Shown one piece after another: positions 12,790-26,011 of a stretch of 64,000 nt of DNA (its first letter is position 1; the number at the start of each line of letters is the position of its first letter). The translations under genes and the position numbers were made by a program. The notes below the pieces were generated by a model. The model ran no database searches and had not been told where the DNA came from. It worked only from the letters and a program-made list of their open reading frames with translations. Source of the stretch: Octopus sinensis (Eukaryota); the NCBI RefSeq assembly GCF_006345805.1, contig NC_043002.1, positions 86,924,001-86,988,000 of the forward strand. Direction: 5' to 3'.

Positions 12790-12996
12790 CATGGCAATCT
12801 CCCTAGTGTTGGTGACATGAAAAAAGCACCCAGTAACCTCAGTCAAGTGGTTGGCTTTAGGAAAGACATCCATTTGTAGAAAACATACCATAGCAGACAC
12901 TAGAGCATAGTGCAGTCCTCTGACCTGTCAAATCCTGTTAAACTGGCCATCCCATACTAGTATGGGAGGTGGATGTTAAAAGTTGATGATGATGAT
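12790..12996 (+). mobile_element. Diverged RTE 3'-UTR fragment (family 4)
   Basis: aaaaagcacccag...ggaaagacatcc...ccatactagtatggg...gttaaaagttgatgatgatg tail. Confidence 0.7.
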
Positions 12997-13625
12997 CACA
13001 CACACAAATACATGTAAAATGAAATTGATGATTAAAGTAGCAAGTGACACAATCAATGTAGGAATGAAGTAATAATATACAGAGATCCAAAAAAAATAAA
13101 ATAATAAAATAACTATTTAGACAACTAGGACAAGAAAAAGAGCATATGGAAACAATAGAAAGAAAAACTGTACAAAAACAGGAAAATAGAAGTGGGGAAC
13201 AAAAGCTGATGCAAATCCATCTGAATTAAGCCACCAAAGAAAAAAAAATCAGAATTAAAAGAGATATTGAATAATGGAATAAACAGGAGTTTATTACAGT
13301 AATTAAGACTAGATTACAAATGAGGATGCTTCAAACAAATTATTGCTGTAAGATAAAGCTTTGTTGTATATGAAAGGAGGGAATTAAAACTAGAGAATGC
13401 TAAATGTATGCAGGAAAAAATAATTCATAGCAATGGTTTAACAAGTCTGCATGATGTGCAGTCTTAAATTAAAATACGTCCTAACATTAAAAAAAAAAAA
13501 AATTATTGCTCTGTCAAACCAGCAGGATTTGAATTTGTATAAAACATGAAATGCAAAAGGGAAAATGACAACAACAATTATTGCTAACATAGATAAAAAG
13601 CATAAAATTTTAGAGGAGAGAATGG

Positions 13626-13798
13626 TTAAATCAAAACTGCAGTACTTGACTGGTATTTTATTTTATTGACCCTGGAGAGATAAAGGCAAAATTGGCCTTG
13701 GCAGGAGTTGAACTCAGAATGCCAACAGCCAGAATGCCACAAGGCATTTTGTCCACTGCTCGAACAATTCTGCCAGTTCAGAATTTTCATTAATAATA

Positions 13799-13855
<57 letters not shown>

Positions 13856-14035
13856 TAATAATCCTTTCTACTACAGGCACAAGGCCTGAAATTTTGGGGA
13901 GGGGACTAGTTGCTTACATTGACCCCCAGTGTTTCACTGGTACTTAATTTATTGACTTTGAAAGGAAAGGATGAAAGGCATAGTCGGCCTTAGCGGAATT
14001 TGAACTCTAAACGTAAAAACAATTTAGGCACAAAG
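13626..14035 (-). mobile_element. Tandem family-3 SINE copies separated by (TAA)n
   Basis: Reverse of ...gagttcaaattcc...ctttgcctttcatcc...aataaattaagtaccag; (AAT)n at 13793-13862. Confidence 0.75.
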
Positions 14036-14282
14036 CCATCAATTTTGAGGGGAAGGGGATTTTAGTGCCTTTTCGTTGGCAGAATGAAAGCTGCAACAGT
14101 GTAAATAAATAACATGGTAAAATTTATAATATGACTATTTTACTCCTGTTTAATACAATTTTCAGGTTTAGCAACATTATTCATAGTTTTTATAAGTCTC
14201 AATATCAAAATAGACTAGGCCTAAGTAGTGAGGATCGGTCTCTATAAATTGGTGTTATTACGCAATTTCCAGCATATACATC

Positions 14283-14325
<43 letters not shown>

Positions 14326-14777
14326 ACATACACTCTTATATACTCATATATATATTTATGTATGCATATATTCAGACACATAAGCATGCACACACACACA
14401 CACACACATGCCTGAACACAATCTATTGCGCAATTTTTTGTAATTGGCTTACCTACGCTGGAAAATGGCTGTGTGGTTAAGAATTTTGCTGTCATGATAA
14501 AAAAAATGATCATATGATGATGATGATGATTTTGCTATGCGTGTGTGTGTGTGCATGCTAGCATGGGTAAGATAGGTTATCATAAATTGTGGACATTTTT
14601 ACCTCGCTTCAACTCTCTCCTAAGTCAAAACCTCTGGTAACTTCAGCATTCACATATCATCACTGTCACACATCCTATACTGATGCTAACGGTGCAGACA
14701 CCCAATGTTTTACAATCTCTACATCAACTAGTTTCACCCTCTTCATGCTTCCCTGATCAATACACAAAAATCCCGAA

Positions 14778-15178
14778 CACTCTTTACTCTCTTTTACTTG
14801 TTTCAGTCATTTGACTGCGGCCATGCTGGAGCATCGCCTTTAGTCGAGCAAATCGACCCCAGGACTTATTCTTTGTAAGCCTAGTACTTATTCTATCGGT
14901 CTCTTTTGCCGAACTGCTAAGTTACGGAGACGTAAACACACCAGCATCGGTTGTCAAGCAATGTTGAGGGAGAGGGGGACAAACATATACACACACACAT
15001 ACATATGTACATATATACGACGGGCTTCTTTCAGTTTCCGTCTACCAAATCCACTCACAAGGCTTTGGTCGGCCCGAGGCTATAGTAGAAGACACTTGCC
15101 CAAGGTGTGATGTAGTGGGGACTGAACCCGGAACTATGTGGTTGGTAAGCAAGCTACTTACCACACAGCCACTCCTAC
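14778..15178 (-). mobile_element. tRNA-derived SINE family 1, full length
   Basis: Reverse complement matches 19016-19429 along its length; (TAAAAGAG)n tail. Confidence 0.92.
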
Positions 15179-15367
15179 ATCTGTTTATCTTTTCTCACTT
15201 CCAACCCCATCTTTTACCAAACCATCACTGCCTCTCTACCCATAGGTTCAACTGACCACTGACCTCATCACAACTATTAGCCCCTCTCTTCCAGACTCTA
15301 TGGTACTCTAAGTCAACTGACTAGCTGAAGCTTCACTAGTTCAATGCTATTCCTGACAGTATATGTA

Positions 15368-15585
15368 GTGGGGTTGTCAGATAAATTTGTTTTTATGTTT
15401 TTTTTTTATTAGCTGGCTGTCTGAAAAGAGGTAAAATCTACTAAAATTTCAAAAACAATAAACAAAAAAAAAAAACCCAACATAAAACACTATGATAAAA
15501 ATAATTTTTGTCTACATTCAAATAAACATTGGAAAGGATTAAAATAAATGGAGAGGGGGGGGGGCAAATTTATCTGACAACTCAA
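15368..15585. mobile_element. Tc1/mariner-like MITE
   Basis: TA at both ends (15366-67, 15586-87); ~21-bp TIR GGGTTGTCAGATAAATTTG / CAAATTTATCTGACAACTC. Confidence 0.75.
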
Positions 15586-15681
15586 TACTTCACTTCTGAC
15601 CTATCATAAACTGTTCAGCAAGCAATTTATATGGAGCAATTTTACATTATGGAATGGACCATACAATTTCCTGTAATTTAG

Positions 15682-16212
15682 ACTGCCTCTAAATGGTCCC
15701 AGCAAACAAAATGGAAAAGGCATTGTCCCAGAGGATGGAGAAGAGGATGCGCTGCAACAGCCACTCAAACTTGTGGGGCTTGCATATGTGGATAGTCATA
15801 TCTGCCTCGATAGCATTGAGCAGGGATATGGTCTGGGGGACGAGTATGCCATGAAACTCAGACATCTCTGGTATATCACTCCACATTTCAAGTTTTCCAA
15901 GTAAAGGAAACACAACCTGCAATGGTATATTCATAATAAATCAGATGGCTCTTACCCAGCAATAGAGTCATACCAAGCTTGTCTCTTTCAACAGAAAAAA
16001 AAAAAAAAATCTCTGCACATACCAAGACATCATCATTGCACTCCACAGGAGGCCTTCTTATATTCCAAAAGCGAAATATTTAGTAGGTGTCTCATGAGAG
16101 AAAATTTGTATTGGAGACATGGTCTTCCTTGCAACTTGTGAACAGAAAGCGTACAAAAATTGACCTTTTTCAGACACAACTGGAACTGCTCAAAGGGAGA
16201 TAACTCTATCTC
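15682..16212 (+). pseudogene. Coding-like island; possible decayed TatD-family nuclease sequence, or an unidentified exon
   Basis: Plus frame 15682-15900 is open between tttag| and |gtaaag (LPLNGP...AYVDSHICLDS...HFKFS). Downstream frames give CIGDM-GL and QKIDLFQTQLELLK, resembling TatD DxHxHLD / GExGLD / QxxxFxxQLxLA but needing frameshifts. An 81-codon frame is also open on the minus strand. Confidence 0.3.
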
Positions 16213-16420
16213 ACCCAAAAGGGGTTTTTGCTTTGAAGAGTTTTGTTTCACAACCTTGCTAACCAGCAGATCTGATGGCCAGCAGATCTGATGAGTCAAC
16301 TGTATTACTAAGAGCTATAATAGATGTGAGACCAATGATAACTTTCAATGGCTACATAAAATATTACTGCTTAAAAACTTTCAGAGTGTGCCTCTTTTTT
16401 TGACTTATGACCAATTTTAC

Positions 16421-16452
<32 letters not shown>

Positions 16453-17364
16453 GATTATCTTTAGAAGACAGAGAACTCAATACACGTGTAAAGTATATAT
16501 TTGTTAGTGAGCAAACTAAAGGTTGAAACTGACCACTTTCATCTCAGCAGAAACTCTTGGAGCCTTCCAATGATTCTCAAGTCAGAATGGGTGTGTATGT
16601 ATATACACACACACATATATTCACAGGGACATATGTGTGCATGATAGTGTGCATATATAAACACAGACGTGTTATGTAAGTACAACTACTTCAATAAGAT
16701 CACATGCAGCTAAATTTTTAGAATCATTTACAACAAGGTCATTGGGTAAATGTCACAAGCAACTGAGTGAAAAAAATCTCTTTCTTTCTTTCACTCTTAT
16801 ATTCTCGTTTATTATAAACTGCAACAATACTTAAAATAAAAAATAAAAAAGTAATACTGCATAACGAAAGAGGAGTGGAATTGGTGCACCCAGCAGAAGG
16901 CAGGTTGGTAAATATAATGCTTTAGCAAGCACAGGCAACCTATATTTAGCTAGAAAAAGGGTGAAGTGAGGGTGGGTATAATATAGAATTTCTGCTAGAC
17001 AAATGTCTTTAGCAGAGGAATATTATAATGCTTGTGTAGGAAATAGGACAGGTTGTGTTGGTTACACTTCAGATCAAAGAGAATAGCCATTCAAATGAAA
17101 ATAGATTATAGGCTGATTATGGCTTACAGACCATCTGAAAGCATGTCTATAGCTAGGACAGACATAGATATTGTAACCAAAGTGTGACAAGCTATTTTCT
17201 GTGAAACTTTTTCTGTGACATCTTGAGTTTGCTAATTAATTATTCCAGATACGAAATTTGATAGATAGGAGTGGACTGCTCAGGCTGTTTGTTCCTTACT
17301 AGTATTGTTCTCTATTGAAAACTGGAACTATAGAATCACCTTTTCTGGTTTCTTGATAATTTAA

Positions 17365-17545
17365 CCCTTTTGCTACTATATTTCTGTTGAAACACATTAT
17401 CTTTGTTTCAAATGATTTTTAAAATAATGAAGAATATAACAAAATAACTTTTCCCATTATTAAGCTGATGTTTGGAACATAAACTGACATGGAAGTTAAT
17501 ATCATAGAATCAAGTGCTGTCTCAGGCTGGTTGGTATCAAGAGGG
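17365..17545 (-). mobile_element. Diverged piggyBac-like MITE (family A-related)
   Basis: ttaa-CCCTTTTG start; ...ggctggttggtatcaagaGGG end, similar to 37603-37823. Confidence 0.6.
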
Positions 17546-17952
17546 TTGTTACAGTGCTTCACTTAATGTTAGTTACACTTTGTAGGAGTATAACAGATAT
17601 TTTATCGATCAAATTATAGCAGGTTAGATAGGGCACCCACTTAAACAGCTTAGAATTGCTAACTTAATAGTTGTTGATATTAGCTGTTTAGTTGCAGGAC
17701 AAAAGGATCTCTAAGACTGAAATCAGTGAACGAAGATAAATATTATTTAGTTATAAGGATTCATTAGAATCTAGGCACATCAATAAAGGACATCAGAAAT
17801 GCTCAAAATACAATAACATAGAGCCCATAGTGGGGTAAACAGCGTTGAAGACATCAAGTTTTGGTAGAATACTATAGATATGAAAGTACTAAATCCAATT
17901 TAAATTGTAGATGTGATTCTGGGGTTGGTCCTTGTTGTGGCATAGGTATAAA

Positions 17953-18220
17953 AAGTAAACACAAATGACATTTAAGATATAAAACAGCTGTTTTGGTAGA
18001 ATCTTATTAAAGCATTCATAGAAGACTACACCATAACATATAACCCAAGGGAGATTTCTTATATCGATCTGGACAGTCCAGATCAATGTAAGAAATTTTC
18101 TGTTTGAAATCTTACCTGATGATGGTGGATTATATGTTGCAATGTAATCTTCTATGAATGCATTAATAAAATTCTACTGAAACAGCTATCATAAGTTTTA
18201 AACGCCATTTATGTTTACTT
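17953..18220. mobile_element. Foldback element centred on GATCTGGAC-A-GTCCAGATC
   Basis: gctgttttggtagaatcttattaaagcattcatagaagactac matches the reverse complement of the right arm (gctgtttcagtagaattttattaatgcattcatagaagattac). Confidence 0.85.
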
Positions 18221-18323
18221 CGAACCACACACACATGCACACACATGTATATGTAATTAAAGGATTTACAAGGGAACAGTAATTACATAATCAATTTCAT
18301 TATCTTACAGTTGTTTCAGCGAA

Positions 18324-18469
18324 AAGATACAGTGAACTCAGAGCTGAGTGCTTGTGTATCACCTTATAGTATTTACATGTTTACACAATAAACATGTACT
18401 TCATTTTTGAGGCTCCAAGGAAATCATAAGGTGATGCACAAGCGCTCACCCATGAGTGCACTGCATCTT
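18324..18469. mobile_element. Small MITE with ~45-bp TIRs
   Basis: aagatacagtgaactcagagctgagtgcttgtgtatcaccttat versus ataaggtgatgcacaagcgctcacccatgagtgcactgcatctt; a half copy is at ~804-850. Confidence 0.75.
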
Positions 18470-19015
18470 ATAGAAAATCTGCATATTTCATTCTGAGTAC
18501 TGGAAAAGTCAATGCCTCAAAATGACTCATAGCTTTATCTTGGTGAGCCTTTTTGGACTGTGAATCTCCTATGAAATGGAGGACATATTCATTTTGTATG
18601 GAAGTGTAAGGAGCAGGTGCAACGTGGACAGTTCATTGAACTATTGGTTTTATTTTTAGTTTGTTATATTTGAAGGTAATGAATGTAAAGCAGCAGACTG
18701 ACGTATGTGCAGGGGAGTGTCTGGTTTTGTTATTAGGAATAAATAATAAAATTAAATTGGAGAGATAAGAATGTCAGTTTGTATTGAGCTGAGTGAAATA
18801 GCGCAGCAGTGGGTCATTTGACATTGCTCAGAATTTTTTTAAATGATATCAATATTCACTGATGTGTGAAAAAGCATATTTTCTGTATGAGATTTCAAGT
18901 AGATAAGTTGTTTCATGACAACAATAGAATGCTGAAGCTTTGATGTTTTATAAATGCATAAACATACATACAGACAAATATAAACGTGTTCTTTTTCTGT
19001 TTATTTCTCTGCATA

Positions 19016-19429
19016 GGCACAGGAGTGGTTGTGTGGTGAGTAGCTTGCCTACCAGCCACATGGTTCTGGGATCAGTCCAACTGCGTGGCATCTTGGGCAA
19101 GTGTCTTCTGCTATAGCCTCGGGCCAACCAATGCCTTGTGAGTGGATTTGGTAGACGGAAACTGAAAGAAGCCTGTCGTATATATGTATATATATGTATG
19201 TATGTGTATGTATATGTTTGTGTGTCTGTGTTTGTCCCTCTAGCATTGCTTGACAACCGATGCTGGTGTGTTTATGTCTCCGTCACTTAGCGGTTCGGCA
19301 AAAGAGACCGATAGAATAAGTACTGGGCTTACAAAGAATAAGTCCCGGGGTCGATTTGCTCGACTAAAAGGCGGTGCTCCAGCATGGCCGCAGTCAAATG
19401 ACTGAAACAAGTAAAAGAGTAAAAGAGTA
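19016..19429 (+). mobile_element. tRNA-derived SINE family 1, full length
   Basis: Head GGCACAGGAGTGGTTGTGTGG...GGATCAGTCC, internal (TA)/(TG) microsatellite, tail gactgaaacaagtaaaagagtaaaagagta. Confidence 0.93.
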
Positions 19430-20409
19430 TAAAGAAAAAAGAGTGAACAATTTTAATTTGAGCTTCGACTATTTGGAGCCTTTCTCAGAAACCATACTTT
19501 CTCTACACCCTACTCTATCTACAGAGAAATTTTCAACCAGGCACTTTTAAGTATATTTGTTGATCATGTAACACCTGCTCCTACATTAATAACGCTACAA
19601 CTATCACTGGACCTTATTCACATTACCACATTATCCAAAACTTCTGCTGCACATCCTTTAATCTTATATATTGCATTATCAGCAAAATTTGTGGTGCACT
19701 TTATTATGGAAAAAGGCTGTTGTCTTGTCAAACACCATTGCAACAGCTTTATTCAATCATCCAGAAGACATCATAAGAAGAAAGAAAGAATAAAGATACA
19801 TTTTGCATATGGCTGTGTAGGTACACACACACACATGCATACAAATACACATAGACACACATGCGTGCATGTGCACACACACACAAAACCATAAAGTAAG
19901 GTCTGAGATTCCATAGGATTACAACGACGAGCTGGCAGAAACGTTAGCACGCCGGGCGAAATGCTTAGTGGTATATTGTCTGCTGCTACGTTCTGAGTTC
20001 AAATTCCGCCGAGGTCGACTTTGCCTTTCATCCTCCAGCTTGTCAACTCTGGTCAAACTGTCCAGTCCATGTCAGCATGGACACCGCCCTTAAATGATGA
20101 TGACGATGATTAAATATGTATATATGTGTGTGTGTGTGTACAGAAAATATGCAAAATCATATGCTTGTGTGTATGTAAATCATTGAAAAGCTGGGAGTGT
20201 TTTAAAGAAAATGCTGATTCATGTAGTTGTGACCAGAAATGAAATGAGTGAATAATATATTTCTTTACTAATAAATGAGTGAATAATAAAAAGATCAAAG
20301 CGTGAATAATCTTTTCAACAGTGAGGCACCAGTCAATACAATAACAGCAGACAGTAAACAAATAACATAGAAAAGGTGAGATATCTATACTTCAGCCCAG
20401 TGCAACTGT

Positions 20410-21205
<796 letters not shown>

Positions 21206-21218
21206 ATAAATATATCAA

Positions 21219-21613
21219 AATCGATCAACATCAATGGAAATTGTAGCTGTGATACCAGTGCTGGTGACACATAAGAGAACCATCCGAATGTGGCTGTTGC
21301 CAGCGCTGCCCCGACTGGCCTCCGTGCCGGTGGCACGTAAAAAGCACCATCCGATCGTGGCTGTTGCCAGCCTCGTCTGGCCTCCGTGCCGGTGGCACGT
21401 AAAAAGCACCATCCGATTGTGGCCGTTTGCCAGCCTCGTCTGGCACGTAAAAAGCATCCACTACACTCATGGAGTGGTTGGCATTAGGAAGGGCATCCAG
21501 CCGTAGAAACATTGCCAGATCAGACTGGGCCTGGTGCAGCCTTCTGGCTTCCTAGACCCCAGTTGAACTGTCCAACCCATGCCAGCATGGAAAGTGGACG
21601 CTAAACGATGATA
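21219..21613 (+). mobile_element. RTE 3'-UTR / RTE-tailed element (family 4) with internal ~60-bp tandem units
   Basis: Units containing TGGCACGTAAAAAGCACC; end ccaacccatgccagcatggaaagtggacgctaaacgatgat. Confidence 0.88.
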
Positions 21614-21814
21614 TATAAATATATATATATAAATATATATTGATAAAAATGGGGAGATGACAAAAGAAAGAAAGAGACCTTGATATTATGTAAATAGAGG
21701 AATTTATCTGTAAATGTAATATGTGACAATTATTCGGTAGCCAAGATAAAACTCTGAGTTTCAGATGCCGAGGTGGAAATCCACTATCTCTTTGGTTATC
21801 TGGCCATTGGATTT

Positions 21815-24275
21815 TCCTTTGGCACTATGCAGTGTCATCCAGTTCTGGCATTGGTATAGCTTTCAATGCCAAAATTTGTCACAATTCCTTCCAGGATCTT
21901 CCAGATATATATTATTGCATACCTCTCCCGTCTTCTCTCCAGGGAGTAGAGTCTTAACTGTTTCAACCTTTCCCAGTAGCTGAGCTGTTGCAAAGAGACA
22001 ATCTTCTTTGTGAATCTTCTCTGGATTGCTTCAAGGTCCCCTGTTAATTTCACACTGGTGGGTGACCATAGCTGTGAGCAGTAATCCAGGTGGCTGAGGA
22101 TGAATGTCCACCAGAGGACCATCATGATTTCCTTATCTCTGATTCTAGATGTTTTTAGGATCCATCCAGTCAGTCGTCTGCACTTTGTTGCCATCCTGGT
22201 AATGTGCACTTGGAAAGTGGTATCATCACTCATGTCGATACCCAGGTCCCTCACTGACTTAGGCTCTGGGATTGAAATTTCCTGTGGACTGGTGTACCCT
22301 GTAAGTTTCATATTCAATTTTGGATGCTGGTAGCGCAGGGCTTGGAATTTTTCAGCATTAAACTGCATATTATTATCCTCAGCCCATCTATAAATTGAGT
22401 CCAACTCCTGCTGCAGGTGTGCAATATTGCTGGGGTTCTGTATTTTCTACGAGACTTTCGTATCATCTGCATAGCTTGCAAGGGTGGCTATCCAGGCATT
22501 TGAGGGCATATCTGAGAGGGCCACTATGAAAAGCAGTGGTCCCAAGACAGTGCCCTGTGGAACACCACTTACTATTTGTGAGTTCATAAAGGTGGCTCCA
22601 TTAGCCACTACTGCCAGACTCCTATCTTTCAGGAAGTTGTGTAACCACTCTCCAAATTTTCCAGCTATGCCAAAGTCATGCAGTTTATGGCATATCAAGA
22701 TCCACCTTGTCAAAAGCTTTTGCAAAATCAAGGTATATTACGTCCACATTTGATTTGTTGAGTAACCCAGTCATAATGTTGTAAGAGCTGGGTCAGGCAG
22801 CTCCTACCTGGTCAAAAACCATGCTGGGTGTCACTCAGCAAGTTATTTTCTTCAAGGAATGCGATTAGTTTCCCTCTGACTATCCGTTCTATGACTGCTG
22901 ATGTGTGAAGTCAGAGAGATAGGCCTATAGTTTTTGGCATCTGCTCTACTTCCCCCTTTATGGATTGGGCATATTATTCCCTTCTTCAGCTTGCTTGGCA
23001 GTTTGCCATTTGTAAGAAAGCTCTGGAAGAGAATCTGGAGGGGTTTTGCCAGGGCATACTTACACAATTTGAGGAAGATTGCTGGGAAACCATCAGGATC
23101 AGCAGTTGAGTTTGTGTCCACTTCATCTATGGCTAGTAGTATATCTTCTTTGCTAATGTCAATGTATTCCATTGTAACTGCCTCACTGGTTATAGGTGAG
23201 GCAGCAAAGAAGTCCACTGGTTTGTTCACTTGTCTGTGTTCCAACGGGGTGGTAAAGACACTTTTGAACTGGTCATTCAGTATCTCACTGATCTTAGTTG
23301 GACTGTATGTGATGGAGCCATCTTTTTGGAGGAGTGGTCCTACCTTGTAGTGTACTGAGGCTGTTTCTTTCGCATAATGAAAGAAGGTCTTTGGGTTTGA
23401 CTTAATGTTTTTTTTATAACCCAGACTTCTTTGTCTGCTTTCTCTCTCACATAGGATTGTTGCAGCCTTTTTTCGATCTCTATCAGTGTTGTTTTTAGGC
23501 GGGACGTTTTGCTACTTTTGGGATGTTGGTTGAGTCAATTTGCAACCTTTGTCTTCCTCTCCCTTGGAATCTTGCTCCTATTTGTTTTGGTCTTGAGCTC
23601 TGGGACATATTTCTGTCATATGGCTTACACAGAAGATTCTAGTTTCATGTCAATGTCTGGTGTAGAGAGACATTTCGGCCAGTCCTCTCTGAGGATCTCT
23701 TTTTGGATCGATTTCCAATCTGTTTTGTGAAAGTTAAGATTGGAGAGATTTCAGGTGCTTCCTTTAGGCTGTATGTCTCTGGTTACTTTCGGCCCAAACA
23801 TAGACAGCTCTATTATGTTGTGATCCAAGACTAATGTCAGTGTCACTTTCACATCATGAATGATGTCCATATTGTTCGTGAAGCAGAGATCCAGAATGTT
23901 ATTCGCCCTAGTTGGTTTGAGTACAACTTGCTCCATGAATAAGGCATTGGTGAGGTTGAGCAGGGACTCCACCTGTACTTGCTTGCAATGATTCATTCCT
24001 GAGAGTATGAGACCTTCGGGCCATTTGACGTTGGGGAAGTTGAAATCACCCATAAGAAATATGGTCATGTGGTGTTCCAGATTCTTGAGGATTTTTAAAA
24101 TTCTTGTGAGGCAATCTTCAAACTTTCCTATGTGGTTTGGAGCATCCGGTGGGCAATATGTATTGCATATGACTATATTATGTTGTCTTATGCATACAAT
24201 TAGAGTGTCACATACTGAATTTGAGTATGACAGTAAGACCTGAGGTATGAGTCATCATGGATGTATACATAATAT
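21815..24275 (-). mobile_element. Truncated, frameshifted CR1/Jockey-type LINE ORF2 (endonuclease C-half plus reverse transcriptase)
   Basis: TYCPPDA, IFLMGDFNFPNVKW, NNILDLCF..DHNII, PDGFPAIFLK, NYRPISLTSH, SGVPQGTVLGPLLF, YADDTKV, LDYCSQLWSP, YSLERRRERY, spread over several frames. Confidence 0.95.
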
Positions 24276-24279
24276 TGTA

Positions 24280-24421
24280 TATGTATATATAAATATTACA
24301 GATATATATATAAATATAGATATATATTAATATATATATATATATAAATAAATATATACATACATATATATATACACACACACACACATATATATATAAA
24401 TATAGATATATATTAATATAT

Positions 24422-24468
<47 letters not shown>
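24280..24468. repeat. (TA)n/(CA)n microsatellite
   Basis: Direct reading. Confidence 0.95.
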
Positions 24469-24470
<2 letters not shown>

Positions 24471-24924
24471 CAATTAAGCACAAATGAATATCTGCACAAA
24501 TACAAAACATAGTAACATTTTAACCAAAATGCAAGTTACACCTACTTTTTTTTATACAAGCCATTAAGAAAGTACTCAGTAATTGGCAATACGAAACATA
24601 AAAGGCAACAAGAAATAAATTGGAAACCCTCTCTATGGGTTCAGTGCATAGACAATTGTCTTTGAAAGCCTTGTAGGTTAATTTAGTAGATAGAAAGAAG
24701 CCCATGGTGTGTATACACACTAACATCCACACCCATGTGTGTGTGTGTGTGTGTTTGAGTGTGCGTGTGTTTTTGCTTCTATTCACTACCACCACTTGAC
24801 AGACAGTGTTGGTTTGTTTACATCCTGATACGTAGTCGATTGACAAAAAGTGGCTGCTAGAATAAATATTAAGCTTTAAAAAGTACTGGGGTTGATCTGT
24901 TTGACTGAAACAAGTAAAAGATGA

Positions 24925-25080
24925 AAGAGAGAGAGAGAGAGAGAGAGTGGGAGTGAGAGAGAAAGAGAGGGGAGAGAGAAAGGAGGGAGGTAGAAAGAGA
25001 GAGAGAGAGAGAGAGAGTGGGAGTGAGAGAGAAAGGAGGGAGGTAGAAAGAGAGAGAGAGAGAGTGGGAGAGAAATAGAA
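24925..25080. repeat. (GA)n-based compound tandem repeat
   Basis: Repeated unit gagagagagtgggagtgagagagaaaggagggaggtagaaa. Confidence 0.9.
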
Positions 25081-25595
25081 GACAAACATACAGATATATA
25101 TCTGCATGAGAAAAGCTCACCATTATATACAGGAGCATAATAGATTGACAAACAGTTTGTTAAATTTCAAATCACAAAGTCAATCCTATGCCATGGATGT
25201 GAGCCTTCACATTGGTATTTGACCAGCAAGAATTAGCAGCTAAATCTCCTCAAAATCACACCATATCATATATAAATAAGAAGGAAAACTATGTAACCAA
25301 GATAACATAATCCTTGATATATGATGCTTCAAGCAAAGACACATCTTGCATTAGTTTGCTCACATCTTTTATAGAGGTGACCAGGGCCAATAAAAGCAAT
25401 TGTCGAGTCTAGCATCCTATGAAGGGGAGAGATGTGGCAATAACTGAAATTTAGCCTGATATATCTCCCAGTAACAGCAATAATTTATCATCATCATTTA
25501 AAGCCAACTATTCCATGATTGCTTGAGTCAGATGGGATTTGTTGAGGTGAATTTTCTATGGCTGGGTGCTCTTTTGTTGCCAACCCTCATCTGTT

Positions 25596-26011
25596 GGATC
25601 TTTTCGGTTTGAACGGCAGTTTTTAACATAATTTCTAGGTAACTAAATAATTTAAATTTCGTATACTGGTAGAATGTGTTTATAAAACATCTTTTTCTCT
25701 TGGCTTTATTGAGAAAATTCTATAGCTTGTAAGATATTTGTTGTTGTTTTTTCTTCAATTTCTGCAATTTCAACCAATCATTGACGTCTATTGAGGTAAA
25801 AAACATTCTGTGCCGTATGAATATGTCCCTCGTTTAAGAAACAGATTGGGTTTATTTACATTTGTGAAGAAAAAAAGATACCCTTCCCCCATCCCTACCC
25901 CTAACCCTAAAACAGATTAAAATGCAATAGATCGATACTAGGGTCATAATTATGGGTGACAATTTCATATGACACCGCTAGAAAAAACTGCTGTTCAAAC
26001 CGAAAAGATCC
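25596..26011. mobile_element. 416-bp MITE with GGATC termini and internal CCCTAA repeats, copy 1
   Basis: TIR GGATCTTTTCGGTTTGAACGGCAGTTTT; 8-bp TSD catctgtt at 25588-25595 and 26012-26019. Confidence 0.95.

Noticed and set aside
15960-15990. 29-nt minus-strand micro-exon between a poly-T acceptor and GTAAGA
   Set aside because: The flanking introns to the neighbouring candidates would be implausibly short (about 35-40 nt).
16275-16310. Hammerhead at CTGATGAG
   Set aside because: It arises from a local 14-bp duplication (cagcagatctgatg x2) and has no downstream GAAA or stems.
21270-21460. CRISPR-like direct repeats (GGCACGTAAAAAGCACC with spacers)
   Set aside because: The intervening sequences are themselves similar, the units are part of an RTE 3' UTR found in many copies, the context is eukaryotic, and there are no cas genes.
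22100-23730. Plus-strand ORFs at 22100, 22484, 22934 and 23509
   Set aside because: They are antisense shadows of the minus-strand LINE ORF2.
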